Numbered from the stretch's first letter, positions 32,481 through 42,749 are shown. The stretch: 64,000 bases of DNA from Nitrosopumilus sp. (GCA_965207445.1 CBDBLX010000002.1:2199849-2263848), one strand, 5' to 3'. Notes: generated from the letters alone by a model not told the origin. Translations and numbers: made by a program.

Positions 32481-32560
32481 GTTATTATTGATTTTTCACG
32501 GAAATTTCCTTATAAGCGTGATGAACAATTGAGGATCTTCTGCGTTAATCGTTGGTAACT

Positions 32561-34717
32561 GTAACGTGTCACCTCCCCCCACCGCATCGTGCCTAAATAA
32601 GTTCATACTAACACGAATATCATCTTAGTGAGCATATGTATTATCTGCGGAAAAACACATCTCACAGGAAATGTACCCGTCTACAACACTGTACGCGCAT
32701 TATGATGTAACGTAATTTGAGATATTACTAGTACTCTAAGCAAGTGACAAAAGTAAAGTTAACGTGGTTGGGCATTTACGTTTTCATTGTGGTGCATATA
32801 CAGGGGGCATTTTTCTGGACATGTGGATAAAGCCAACCTTGTGAGGTTTACATCTTGGTGCAATGACAACAAGTATAGTAGAAACTACAACATGCGAATA
32901 AAACCAACCCTGTTAGGTTTACATGTATCATAGATTCATGCTGAAAAGAGTCGCAACAATTCTATATTTGGATCTTTGTCTTGAGCTTTCCATGTCATCA
33001 GAACGCTTGCAATGACACAGTATCTTTTGGCCCCCTCCATCCCCCAAAACCAAAAACTCGAATTCCGTTTGAGTACAAATGGACGTATTCCTCGCTCTGC
33101 TATGTTATTTGTAAGTGACATCTCAGGGTATTGTACTGCAGTAAACAAGTGATCGGAGCAGTTGAATAAATATCTGCCAGATTTAGCTCCACGGTCTAGT
33201 AATTGTTCACCGATAGTTTTCACAAGTTTGATGAGTCCGTTTATTTTAGTTGTGGGTGTGTCTGGTGGCAGTGTTTTTGTGTAGTGATATATGGCCATAA
33301 CTATTCCATACAGGTATGTTGCAGTCGGATCCTTTATCTTTACAGTGTTGTTTTTAATCTTGGTCTTTACATGCGCCCAGCATAATTGATACGTATCAAA
33401 GCAATTGTATGAGGGTGCTGCATCACGTGTCACTTTCAAGTGGGGATACGGATTGGCTTGTTTTACATCATCCATTGAGCGGGATGATAGGGCCTGATAT
33501 TGAATCCATATTTTGTCACCGATTGTAATTCCTAGCCTGCCACTCTTTTTGCCAATCTTTACTGGTGTGTCATCAATATTTCCTGCTGTACTATTTCCGA
33601 TCTCTTTGCCTATACGCTCGTACTCAGAAGCTTTGCAGCTGCTGCCTTTAGTCCTTTTCGTAAAGTATCATGAGCAAATCTTTTGTGATAGTGTATCTCG
33701 ACATCATCAGCAAGTTGGTTCATTGTGTGGACATTAAGTGATGCGCGCGTGAGTTTAACAAGAAAGTGTTGTCCAAATGAAGTATCTGGTATTATAGAAT
33801 CATGCATGCAGTTTATGCTACCACAATTCTCACACCAATATACACGCATGTGACACCATATCTCCTCTAGTTCATTATGGTCGTCGAGTTCATGTAATGT
33901 CTTGTATTCCTCATAAGCTTGCTCTATTTCACAATCACATTCAGGGCATGTGTCTAGTTCAATATCAAATGTTTTGTCTGGATTAAATCGTCTAAATGAT
34001 GGATCGTGTTTTAAAGGTGGTCCCAGTTTGGCAGGTGGTTTGTCTTGCGCTGCTTTTTCTGCACGGTCTTGTTTCTCTTTTTGTATCTGTTTTTGTGTCA
34101 CTGTTTTGTGAGATGTAGGCGTGGCGCCATCGTCATTTGCAGCATCTCTGCGCTCTAAATCTGCAACGCGTCGCTTGGATTCTTCTAGTTGTGCTAATAG
34201 TTCTTGATTTTTGTCTGTAATAATTTTGCATTCATTTCTCATCACGTCTCCATACTGTGCAGTAGATTTTGCCAAATCTTCAAGTATCAGCTCACGTGAT
34301 GTATACCTACCAGTCTGCGCCATAAATGCCAATTTCTGATTTACTAGTATGATGTCAAGTTCTCTTCCACCTAATCTATCAAGTAACTTCCTATTCTCTT
34401 CTTTCAATATATTGGTCTCTTTTTCTTTCTCTTTGAAGTTCTTTTTCAAACTAGCATTTTCATTCAAAACTTGGGACATTGCCTCGTCATAGCTGATCGA
34501 ATCTACATCGACTTTGTTAAATAATTCATCTGTAACTACCTTTTGTTGCTGCATACATTTACTCATTTTTTCTCTATATGAGTAAATGGCAGTATACGTA
34601 TTTAACTACCCGCATACTTTTTTTGCGCCATCTCACAATTTTAGGGATTTATGACGATATCTGTGTGTGTCCATGCCTAGTCCACGTGGTATAAAGAGGG
34701 GGGAGGTGACACGTTAC
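32561..34717 (-). mobile_element. IS66-family element
   Basis: Perfect 20-bp IR gtaacgtgtcacctcccccc; no TSD. Confidence 0.88.
32936..34566 (-). pseudogene. IS66 transposase with one frameshift near 33620
   Basis: Coiled coil, CPEC...CENC finger, then in the other frame NIDDT, TRDAAPSY, QLCWAHV, TNNIAERGIRP. Confidence 0.8.
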
Positions 34718-34802
34718 AAAAAGTTTATTCAACCACGCCATGAGTATACCTACGAAACTTGCCAGATTTCAGTTACCAACGATTAACGCAGAAGACCCAA
34801 TG

Positions 34803-36341
34803 TTAACTGTATAGTGCGATTATGAGATTCACAACTCTATTGATCTCTTCTATGGTGGCATATAGTGTGTCATATGTCTCTTGGAGTGTATTATAATTCT
34901 CTTGGAGTGTATTATACTTCTCTTGGAGTGTATTATACTTCTCTTGGAGTGTATTTAGTGTTGTATTATACTCTGCTTGTAGTATGTCTTGTTGTTGTTT
35001 TAAAGCGGTGTCTACATATGCTTGATCAAATGGCGTTGTGTCTTGTGTGTTTGTATTATTGGTGGGTGGTGTGACTACTGGTGGTGTCGGTGTCTCTGCT
35101 GGTGTTGTGCGGGTTATCTCAACACTGCATGTATCCCATGTGCCTGAATATCTTATGAAATCTTCTTCATAGTATGATAATTGTGGTTGTAAATTAGTCG
35201 TAAGTGAGTTTTTTGATGTGAGTTTGACTCCATTTTGATCATGTAAGAATAATGTGTAGTAGACGGCTCTGTATTCCTGTGAATCTCGGTTTATGAACGT
35301 GGTATTAATGTCAATAGAATCGCCGAATCCTTCTGAACATTTTGTAATAGTTGTGTCTATATTGCCTATTGGTGGTGTCGGTGTCTCTGCTGGTGTTGTG
35401 CGGGTTATCTCAACACTGCATGTATCCCATGTGCCTGAATATCTTATGAAATCTTCTTCATAGTATGATAATTGTGGTTGTAAATTAGTCGTAAGTGAGT
35501 TTTTTGATGTGAGTTTGACTCCATTTTGATCATGTAAGAATAATGTGTAGTAGACGGCTCTGTATTCCTGTGAATCTCGGTTTATGAACGTGGTATTAAT
35601 GTCAATAGAATCGCCGAATCCTTCTGAACATTTTGTAATAGTTGTGTCTATATTGCCTATTGGTGGTGTCGGTGTCTCTGCTGGTGTTGTGCGGGTTATC
35701 TCAACACTGCATGTATCCCATGTGCCTGAATATCTTATGAAATCTTCTTCATAGTATGATAATTGTGGTTGTAAATTAGTCGTAAGTGAGTTTTTTGATG
35801 TGAGTTTGACTCCATTTTGATCATGTAAGAATAATGTGTAGTAGACGGCTCTGTATTCCTGTGAATCTCGGTTTATGAACGTGGTATTAATGTCAATAGA
35901 ATCGCCGAATCCTTCTGAACATTTTGTAATAGTTGTGTCTATATTGCCTATTGGTGGTGTCGGTGTCTCTGCTGGTGTTGTGCGGGTTATCTCAACACTG
36001 CATGTATCCCATGTGCCTGAATATCTTATGAAATCTTCTTCATAGTATGATAATTGTGGTTGTAAATTAGTCGTAAGTGAGTTTTTTGATGTGAGTTTGA
36101 CTCCATTTTGATCATGTAAGAATAATGTGTAGTAGACGGCTCTGTATTCCTGTGAATCTCGGTTTATGAACGTGGTATTAATGTCAATAGAATCGCCGAA
36201 TCCTTCTGAACATTTTGTAATAGTTGTGTCTATATTGCCTATTGGTGGTGTCTGCGCTTGTGCTTGTACCGCGCCTGTGGTCATTAGAGCCACTACAGCA
36301 ATGAGTCCCATTATGGTGGTCATGTACCGTCTTGTGTTCAT
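34803..36341 (-). CDS. Secreted protein with 4 identical 97-aa Ig-like (FxLYD-like) repeats + shared C-terminal coiled-coil module
   Basis: Signal peptide ending AQA; repeats contain YTLFLHDQNG and a Cys pair; tail PFDQAYVDTALKQQ...IIALYS. Confidence 0.85.
   Translation of the reverse strand: MNTRRYMTTIMGLIAVVALMTTGAVQAQAQTPPIGNIDTTITKCSEGFGDSIDINTTFINRDSQEYRAVYYTLFLHDQNGVKLTSKNSLTTNLQPQLSYYEEDFIRYSGTWDTCSVEITRTTPAETPTPPIGNIDTTITKCSEGFGDSIDINTTFINRDSQEYRAVYYTLFLHDQNGVKLTSKNSLTTNLQPQLSYYEEDFIRYSGTWDTCSVEITRTTPAETPTPPIGNIDTTITKCSEGFGDSIDINTTFINRDSQEYRAVYYTLFLHDQNGVKLTSKNSLTTNLQPQLSYYEEDFIRYSGTWDTCSVEITRTTPAETPTPPIGNIDTTITKCSEGFGDSIDINTTFINRDSQEYRAVYYTLFLHDQNGVKLTSKNSLTTNLQPQLSYYEEDFIRYSGTWDTCSVEITRTTPAETPTPPVVTPPTNNTNTQDTTPFDQAYVDTALKQQQDILQAEYNTTLNTLQEKYNTLQEKYNTLQENYNTLQETYDTLYATIEEINRVVNLIIALYS
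35080..36252. repeat. 291-bp tandem repeat x4, apparently identical
   Basis: ggtggtgtc recurs at 35080, 35371, 35662, 35953 and 36244. Confidence 0.95.
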
Positions 36342-36560
36342 TGTGTTTAACTTTGTGGGCACATGTATAAGGTTTACTTGAAATGGTTCGTAACAGTTCA
36401 ACCCCTATTTTGTAAGTATGCATACAGATACAGCAACAGCGATCACCGATCATTGTTGTGATCGAATTTACGTAAATCTAAATGATAAACACAATATGTG
36501 AGAAAGTGCCTAAAATGTTGAAAACACGTTTGATTATTTTTTGCACCTAGGCAAAAAATC

Positions 36561-36707
36561 GTGTGAACCAAGCTCATTGGACACAACAATGAAATACATA
36601 CGTGTATTTGGTTATATTCCTGTCTGTATATCGAGCATCATGCATGCGATACATTGACTAGGAGTTATTTTTGAATGATTATATTAGTCATGGAGATTGG
36701 TTCACAC
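36561..36707. mobile_element. MITE family 2
   Basis: gtgtgaaccaagctc...ggttcacac. Confidence 0.85.
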
Positions 36708-36764
36708 GGAATTTATGTCAATTGTTAACACAATATACATACATACATTATAAAAACATCATAC

Positions 36765-37559
36765 ATGGCAACTAACATCAGAAAAATATTGTTTGGTTTT
36801 TTTGGACTTTATGAGATGTACAGTAAAAGACTTGAACGTGAGATCAAATCAGGTGACATACCAAACCACATGGCATTAATTCTTGATGGAAATCGTAGAT
36901 GGGCAAAACGACATCTTGCAATGACAAGTGTAGGACACGGAAAAGGCGCAGATGCAGTAGAGAACCTACTTGATTGGTGCGAAGAGTTAGATATCAAGAT
37001 AATTACACTCTATGCGCTATCAGCAGAAAATCTTTCAAGAAACGATCAAGAGTTACAAGACTTGTTTGATCTTATAAGAATGAGACTAGAAAAATTACTT
37101 GCAGACCCACGCATACATAAAAGTCACATGAGAGTAAAGGCAATAGGAAGAATTGAGATGCTGCCACATCCAATACAAAAGGTACTCGAAAATCTTGAGA
37201 GTGCAACCAAAGATTACAATGAGCGTTTTTTGAATATTGCACTAGCATACGGGGGCCATTATGAGATAGTCGATGCAATAAAAAAGATCGGTCAAAAGAT
37301 CAAAGATGGTAGACTAAACGTAGAGGATATAGACAGAAATGTTATTGAATCAAACTTGTACACATCACATTTGCCACAGGCAGCACCAGACATGATATTA
37401 CGAACATCAGGTGAGAAGCGATTGAGTGGGTTTTTAATGTGGCAGAGTGCGTATAGTGAGCTTGTATTTATGGACATATTCTGGCCAGAGTTCAGGAAGA
37501 TCGATTTAATGAGGGCAATTCGTACATTTCAAAGTAGAAAGAGGAGGCTTGGCAAGTGA
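36765..37559 (+). CDS. uppS: cis-Prenyltransferase (polyprenyl diphosphate synthase)
   Basis: HMALILDGNRRWA, LSAENL.R, AYGG, RTSGEKRLSGF.WQ. Confidence 0.95.
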   Translation: MATNIRKILFGFFGLYEMYSKRLEREIKSGDIPNHMALILDGNRRWAKRHLAMTSVGHGKGADAVENLLDWCEELDIKIITLYALSAENLSRNDQELQDLFDLIRMRLEKLLADPRIHKSHMRVKAIGRIEMLPHPIQKVLENLESATKDYNERFLNIALAYGGHYEIVDAIKKIGQKIKDGRLNVEDIDRNVIESNLYTSHLPQAAPDMILRTSGEKRLSGFLMWQSAYSELVFMDIFWPEFRKIDLMRAIRTFQSRKRRLGK

Positions 37560-37999
37560 TGACTGGAGATGTAATAGAGGAGCGTTCGGCAGGAGTAATA
37601 CTATACAGAACAAACGATAATAGTGGTAAAAATCTATATCTGATACTCAAGTATGCAGGAGGGCATTGGGACTTTGCAAAGGGTAAAAAAGAGAAAGGTG
37701 AGACTGACATCACAACGGCACTCAGAGAAGTCAGAGAAGAAACAGGCATAAAGGATGTTGTCATTCACGAGGGGTTTAAGAGAGAGATGGAGTATGAGTT
37801 TATGGAAGATAAAGGTAAGATGATACACAAGACTGTAATATTTTTTCTTGGATGCACTCAAACAAAAGAGATAACACTATCAGATGAGCATCAAGAGTAT
37901 GCATGGTGCGAATATGATGATGCATCTTTTCGCGTCACGTATCCGTCTGCAAGAGATGTGCTTGCAAGTGCAAATATGATTTTGAATGAAAATGACTAA
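37556..37999 (+). CDS. NUDIX hydrolase (Ap4A hydrolase-like)
   Basis: HWDFAKG...GETDITTALREVREETG, LSDEH. Confidence 0.9.
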   Translation: MMTGDVIEERSAGVILYRTNDNSGKNLYLILKYAGGHWDFAKGKKEKGETDITTALREVREETGIKDVVIHEGFKREMEYEFMEDKGKMIHKTVIFFLGCTQTKEITLSDEHQEYAWCEYDDASFRVTYPSARDVLASANMILNEND

Positions 38000-38095
38000 T
38001 AAATCATAATATGTATAGTTAAATTGCAAGATTGCATTGTAATTAAAAGAGATCTCAAGTGCACAACGATATTACTAGTGTCATTGTGATTAGAA

Positions 38096-38905
38096 TTAGG
38101 ATAATGAGGATAAACTACGTGAAATATCCTCATGTAATGACAATGTAGCATGGGTAGGATTCTCAGAGTGTATGATTGATCGTCCTGCAATAATATAATC
38201 AGAGCCAGATTGCATAGTGGCAGTAGCATCAGCACCCTGAGCCCCTACACCCGGAGATAAGATATATGGTGCGCAGGACAGACCAGAGTCTTGTATGTGT
38301 GTAGCGCAATCTCGAATTACATCAGGAAAAGTTGCGCCAACTATAATTCCATCTACATTAGAATCAATGGCCCACTGAAGAAACAATTTGTGCATTTTGT
38401 CAGATGTTTGCGACTGACCACAGACACTCAGTTCATATGATGTTGTGGATTCTGGCGCGCTCATATGGCACAACGTGATTACACCTTTTTCTTTTTCATG
38501 TGCAGAATTTACGAGTGTTTTGAGATTATCAAGTCCCATTATAGGATTTATAATAACAGCATCAAATCCCATATCCCATAAAATATTAGTTGTGATATGG
38601 TTTGTATTTCCGATATCATTGAGTTTTATATCAGCAATACACTGTAAGCCAAATTGATGTGCAACTTTTAGTATATGTGATGTCTGTTTCATGCCAAATG
38701 GCAACAACAGATGAAAGTTCAACTTTATTGCACACAAGTAGTGGGAAGTATTTTTGATATCAGATATTATATGATCAGTGGTAGATATTGTGAATTTTGT
38801 ATTGTCGTCTCCAACAGGTACAGTACTTTGAGTGATGTTATAATCGCATGCAAGTATTATACGCTTATCTTGCTTGCTAGACAATCTTTTATGAAAGGAT
38901 ACCAT
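38096..38905 (-). CDS. pyrF: Orotidine-5'-phosphate decarboxylase
   Basis: ILACD, ADIKLNDIGNT, LSPGVGAQG, IAGRSI. Confidence 0.93.
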   Translation of the reverse strand: MVSFHKRLSSKQDKRIILACDYNITQSTVPVGDDNTKFTISTTDHIISDIKNTSHYLCAIKLNFHLLLPFGMKQTSHILKVAHQFGLQCIADIKLNDIGNTNHITTNILWDMGFDAVIINPIMGLDNLKTLVNSAHEKEKGVITLCHMSAPESTTSYELSVCGQSQTSDKMHKLFLQWAIDSNVDGIIVGATFPDVIRDCATHIQDSGLSCAPYILSPGVGAQGADATATMQSGSDYIIAGRSIIHSENPTHATLSLHEDISRSLSSLS

Positions 38906-38974
38906 CTATAAACAAACAAACATTTACCAACTTTATAATATTTTGTGAGGGTAATTAAATCATATTTGTTTAAT

Positions 38975-41067
38975 GGGTCTTCTGCGTTAATCGTTGGTAA
39001 CTGAAATCTGGCAAGTTCCGTAGGTATACTCATGGCGTGGTTGAATAAACTTTTTAAAAATTCACAATTTAAAATCTCACATAATGTATAATTCTAGTGA
39101 ATATTTTCTCAAAATATGGGTGTGTTGACATCGTTTTTGCACATGAACGTTAAATATACACGTCGTGAGATCTCATTGAGATAGAAAAAATGAGACCAAA
39201 GAGTGTACAACAAAAGATTACTGATTATGAATTTAACCCTGATGGTGTTCAAGATTCAAATGATTTGGGACAAAAACGCCCAAAGCTAGATCGTCTTAAA
39301 CGATTTAGAGGATGGTTTACACTAAAACATGACAGGACAGTAAGACTAGCAACATGGATGCAAAAACGTGTCTCATGGAGCAAGGGCGCAGAAAAACGAG
39401 GCCAAAAAGCCATGCGTATACTGGAAAAACCAGAGAATATAACGTGCATTAAATCTGGTCATTATGCAGTCAAATCGCAGTCCCAACCAGGTCTGTGGTA
39501 TGACGTTATCCGGAAATCCACCGGAAGATATGAGTGTAACTGCTTTGATTACGAATACAGAAAAGCTAAATGTAAACACATTTTGGCGGTGACAGCACAT
39601 GTAGTGGACAATGAAGCAGAAAAAATTATGAAAAACGTATCAGAGATAGACAGTAAAGAGACAAACGTTACAAATCGTTGCACTACCATTACAGAATATT
39701 GTACCAAAAAATACGATGGCGGTGATCAATTACCACACACAGAATCAAAGCAAGAAAAAGATACAGACACACAAACAAAATCTGAATTATATGATGATAA
39801 TGGTGGTGATCAATTACCACACACAGAATCAAAGCAAGAAAAAGATACAGACACACAAACAAAATCTGAATTATATGATGATAATGGTGGTGATAATGGT
39901 GGTGATAAATTTACAGATTCTGTTGAGCCTACGCACATCTACCCAATAGATGAAAAACACCCTCCAAAGTGTAAACACTGCAATAATACGCACATAATCA
40001 AATATGGGACACAGGAATGGACTGTAAAAGAAACAGGCCAAAAAAAGAAAGAACAAAGATGGCAGTGTAGTAAAAAAGACGGTTGTGGTGCAGTATTTGT
40101 ATACAGAGCAGGCATGGAACGTATGCGTTGTAGCAAAAAAGACGTAGCAGATATGTTAAATGATTATTTCAAAGGACACTCATCACCCGCAATTTCTGAC
40201 ACACTAAAATCCCAAGGACTAGAAAGACATCACACCAGCATCCTCAGAACAATTGCAAAATACACCAAAATGATCAATACATACACAATGAAACTCCCAT
40301 TACCAAATCTTGGCGATAGATTTCATGTAGATGAAGTATATGTAAAGATAGATAATAAAACGCATTATCTGTTTACTATAATTGACTACAAGACGCGGGT
40401 ATTGCTTGCAATTGAACTGGGAGGTAAAAAGGATGAATTTAATGCAACGAGCCTGTTTACAAATGCCGCAATACGTGCAAATAAGATACCCGTAGAGATT
40501 ATCAGCGACGATCTTGACTCATACAAAGTTGCATTTAGAGTAGTATACGCACAACTTAGCCCACTTGATGATCACTGTGAGCACATTTCAGATCCTGATA
40601 AAATTACACAATTGCAACGACAAAAAAAGACACAATGTATACACAAAGACAAAGCAGGAATAAGCAAAACTCATGACAAGGGAAACAACAATGTCATTGA
40701 AAGTTTTAACAATATACAGCGAATCTGTTACAATCCTCGACGCGGAATCAAAAGCACAAAATCTGCCATAGCCATGGGCTTTAGTGTGTGGTACAACTAT
40801 GTACGTCCACATGGATCATTAGGAGGTACACCCGCAGAAGCAGCAGGAATAACAATACACGGCAATAACAAATGGATTACACTCATCGGCAATGCTGGCG
40901 TGGCAGCCATGGGAGGAGCAGTGGCCTGAGTCTGTACAACCTTGCCATGTGAATCCAAGGGTCTTGAGCCAGTCATGCAACGACGGTGATATTACGGGAC
41001 GCATCAATGTCGCACAAGCGACAATGGTAGCAACGTGCAAGTTACCAACGATTAACGCAGAAGACCC
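38975..41067 (+). mobile_element. IS6-like insertion sequence, second complete copy (2093 bp)
   Basis: Same IRs as copy 1; 9-bp TSD ttgtttaat; inverted relative to copy 1. Confidence 0.92.
39190..40929 (+). CDS. IS6-like SWIM-DDE transposase
   Basis: Protein identical to 21522-23261. Confidence 0.88.
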   Translation: MRPKSVQQKITDYEFNPDGVQDSNDLGQKRPKLDRLKRFRGWFTLKHDRTVRLATWMQKRVSWSKGAEKRGQKAMRILEKPENITCIKSGHYAVKSQSQPGLWYDVIRKSTGRYECNCFDYEYRKAKCKHILAVTAHVVDNEAEKIMKNVSEIDSKETNVTNRCTTITEYCTKKYDGGDQLPHTESKQEKDTDTQTKSELYDDNGGDQLPHTESKQEKDTDTQTKSELYDDNGGDNGGDKFTDSVEPTHIYPIDEKHPPKCKHCNNTHIIKYGTQEWTVKETGQKKKEQRWQCSKKDGCGAVFVYRAGMERMRCSKKDVADMLNDYFKGHSSPAISDTLKSQGLERHHTSILRTIAKYTKMINTYTMKLPLPNLGDRFHVDEVYVKIDNKTHYLFTIIDYKTRVLLAIELGGKKDEFNATSLFTNAAIRANKIPVEIISDDLDSYKVAFRVVYAQLSPLDDHCEHISDPDKITQLQRQKKTQCIHKDKAGISKTHDKGNNNVIESFNNIQRICYNPRRGIKSTKSAIAMGFSVWYNYVRPHGSLGGTPAEAAGITIHGNNKWITLIGNAGVAAMGGAVA

Positions 41068-41360
41068 TTGTTTAATTATATTATCAACAATACATATTGA
41101 GAATAGAAAGAAAGAAAAAGTGTACGAGAATCAGTGCAACTGTAGTGTGTGCATGTCAAAACAGACAATTGCACTACAACGAAGATTCACAGATGTAATA
41201 AAACACACTAAATCCGCAAAAACGTCTGCAGTTATTCTAAAATTAAAAACATAGTCATTGCACCGCTAAAACTAGGAATTTACTCACGATAGTAATAATG
41301 GGCGTAAATAATGGGCGTAAATAATGAGTGCAAATAAGATATATAAATAAATAAAGTTGC

Positions 41361-42362
41361 CTATGAACGTCGATCTATAATATCATCTACATTAGGTCCA
41401 GTTCCGATAATACTTGCAGGTATTCCTAATGCTTCTTCTATATCTTGTATAAATTTTTTAGCATCATCAGGCAGATCATCAAACGATTGTTTGCCAGCAC
41501 ATTTTGGATATCGAACATCAAGTTTTGTCAGTGCAAATTGAGTCGCTCCATTAAGCATTGCAGCACGCGCCGCTAAACTCAGATCAAAGTCTGCAGCGCG
41601 ACGTGGCCTACCTGTGACTGTACCATACTCAGACCAACCACGTTTTTTAGTCTCTTGCTCAGATAGTGTATTTTCAAGTGGGCCTGTGCCGACTCGTGTA
41701 ACAAAAGCCTTGAACACTACCATAACCTCATCTACTTTTGTAGGTCCCAAACCAATGTCTGCACATATTCCAGAGGCGGTCACATCTTTTGATGTCACGT
41801 ATGGATATGTTCCATGCCACAACGACAAAAATGTACCCTGTGTTCCCTCTACAAGCACATTATACCCTGCTGCAAGTGCAGAGTTTATTTGATGAGGTAC
41901 ATCTGTAATCATACCAGACAATGACGGTACATCACGTGCTAGTTTGAGTGTGCGCAATGCTCGATCAGAGTTTGCAGGACCAGTACCAGAACCAGTGCTG
42001 CCAATCTTTTCTTTTAGACGGCCACCAGAGTCACGTTCACGATGACTATTCTCAATTATTCCACAATTTGCATCGATAAACGTCTGTTTTTTTGCATCAA
42101 ATTCCTTGATCTCACGTAAGAGTACATCAGGATCAATCACAACACCAGGTCCGATCATTACCTTTGCATCACGATTTAAAAATCCGCTAGGTAGCATACG
42201 AACTTTGTATGTATTTTTGCCATCTTTGATGGTATGTCCAGCGTTTGGTCCTGCTCCACCACGTACAATGATATTAGGCGAGTCCTTTTTTGCCAGATAA
42301 GATATTACCTTACCTTTACCCTCATCTCCAAAAAATCCACCTACAACTATTGTTAATACCAC
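41361..42362 (-). CDS. purA: Adenylosuccinate synthetase (short archaeal type)
   Basis: GGFFGDEGKGK, GPNAGHT, EGTQG, YPYVTS, GTVTGRPRR, TKLD. GTG start inferred. Confidence 0.95.
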   Translation of the reverse strand: MVLTIVVGGFFGDEGKGKVISYLAKKDSPNIIVRGGAGPNAGHTIKDGKNTYKVRMLPSGFLNRDAKVMIGPGVVIDPDVLLREIKEFDAKKQTFIDANCGIIENSHRERDSGGRLKEKIGSTGSGTGPANSDRALRTLKLARDVPSLSGMITDVPHQINSALAAGYNVLVEGTQGTFLSLWHGTYPYVTSKDVTASGICADIGLGPTKVDEVMVVFKAFVTRVGTGPLENTLSEQETKKRGWSEYGTVTGRPRRAADFDLSLAARAAMLNGATQFALTKLDVRYPKCAGKQSFDDLPDDAKKFIQDIEEALGIPASIIGTGPNVDDIIDRRS

Positions 42363-42476
42363 GAGATAGCAATCATATGACATCTTAATTAATGTAATAA
42401 AATTACAAATAGTACCCAACTGATCAAAAACTCAAATACAAGTGTCAAATATTGAATATGTTTTAGTATATGAGAC

Positions 42477-42628
42477 GTGTGAGTCAATCTCTTTGGACGC
42501 AATAATAAAATCACATACTCGTGTGAGATCACATTCCTGTCTGCATATCAAATATCGTGCATGCGATGCATTTGACTAGTAGCAGTTATTTTCAAATGAG
42601 TGTATCAGTCATGGAACTTGGATCACAC
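42477..42628. mobile_element. MITE family 2 (degenerate)
   Basis: Degenerate ends; flanks tatgagac / tatgaaat look like an eroded TSD. Confidence 0.75.
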
Positions 42629-42668
42629 TATGAAATCTATAATGAATAGCGCATTGTACACACACATA

Positions 42669-42749
42669 GTAACCGTTCAACCCTTTCCCAAATTTAGGCA
42701 CAAATTCACCGCCTAATGTCTGGTGCAGGTACTGAGGTTGAAAGGTTAC
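42669..42749. mobile_element. MITE family 3 (~81 bp)
   Basis: IR gtaaccgttcaacc / ggttgaaaggttac. Confidence 0.85.

Larger units (their letters stand above)
32533..34798 (-). mobile_element. IS6-like shell (both ends only) with the interior replaced by an IS66 element
   Basis: IR at 32533-32560 and 81 bp of the IS6-like 5' end at 34718-34798. Confidence 0.8.

Noticed and set aside
29475..36341. Diversity-generating retroelement or integron explanation for the shared tails
   Set aside because: No reverse transcriptase, tyrosine integrase or attC-like sites seen, and the shared part is the constant region rather than an adenine-mutated variable repeat.
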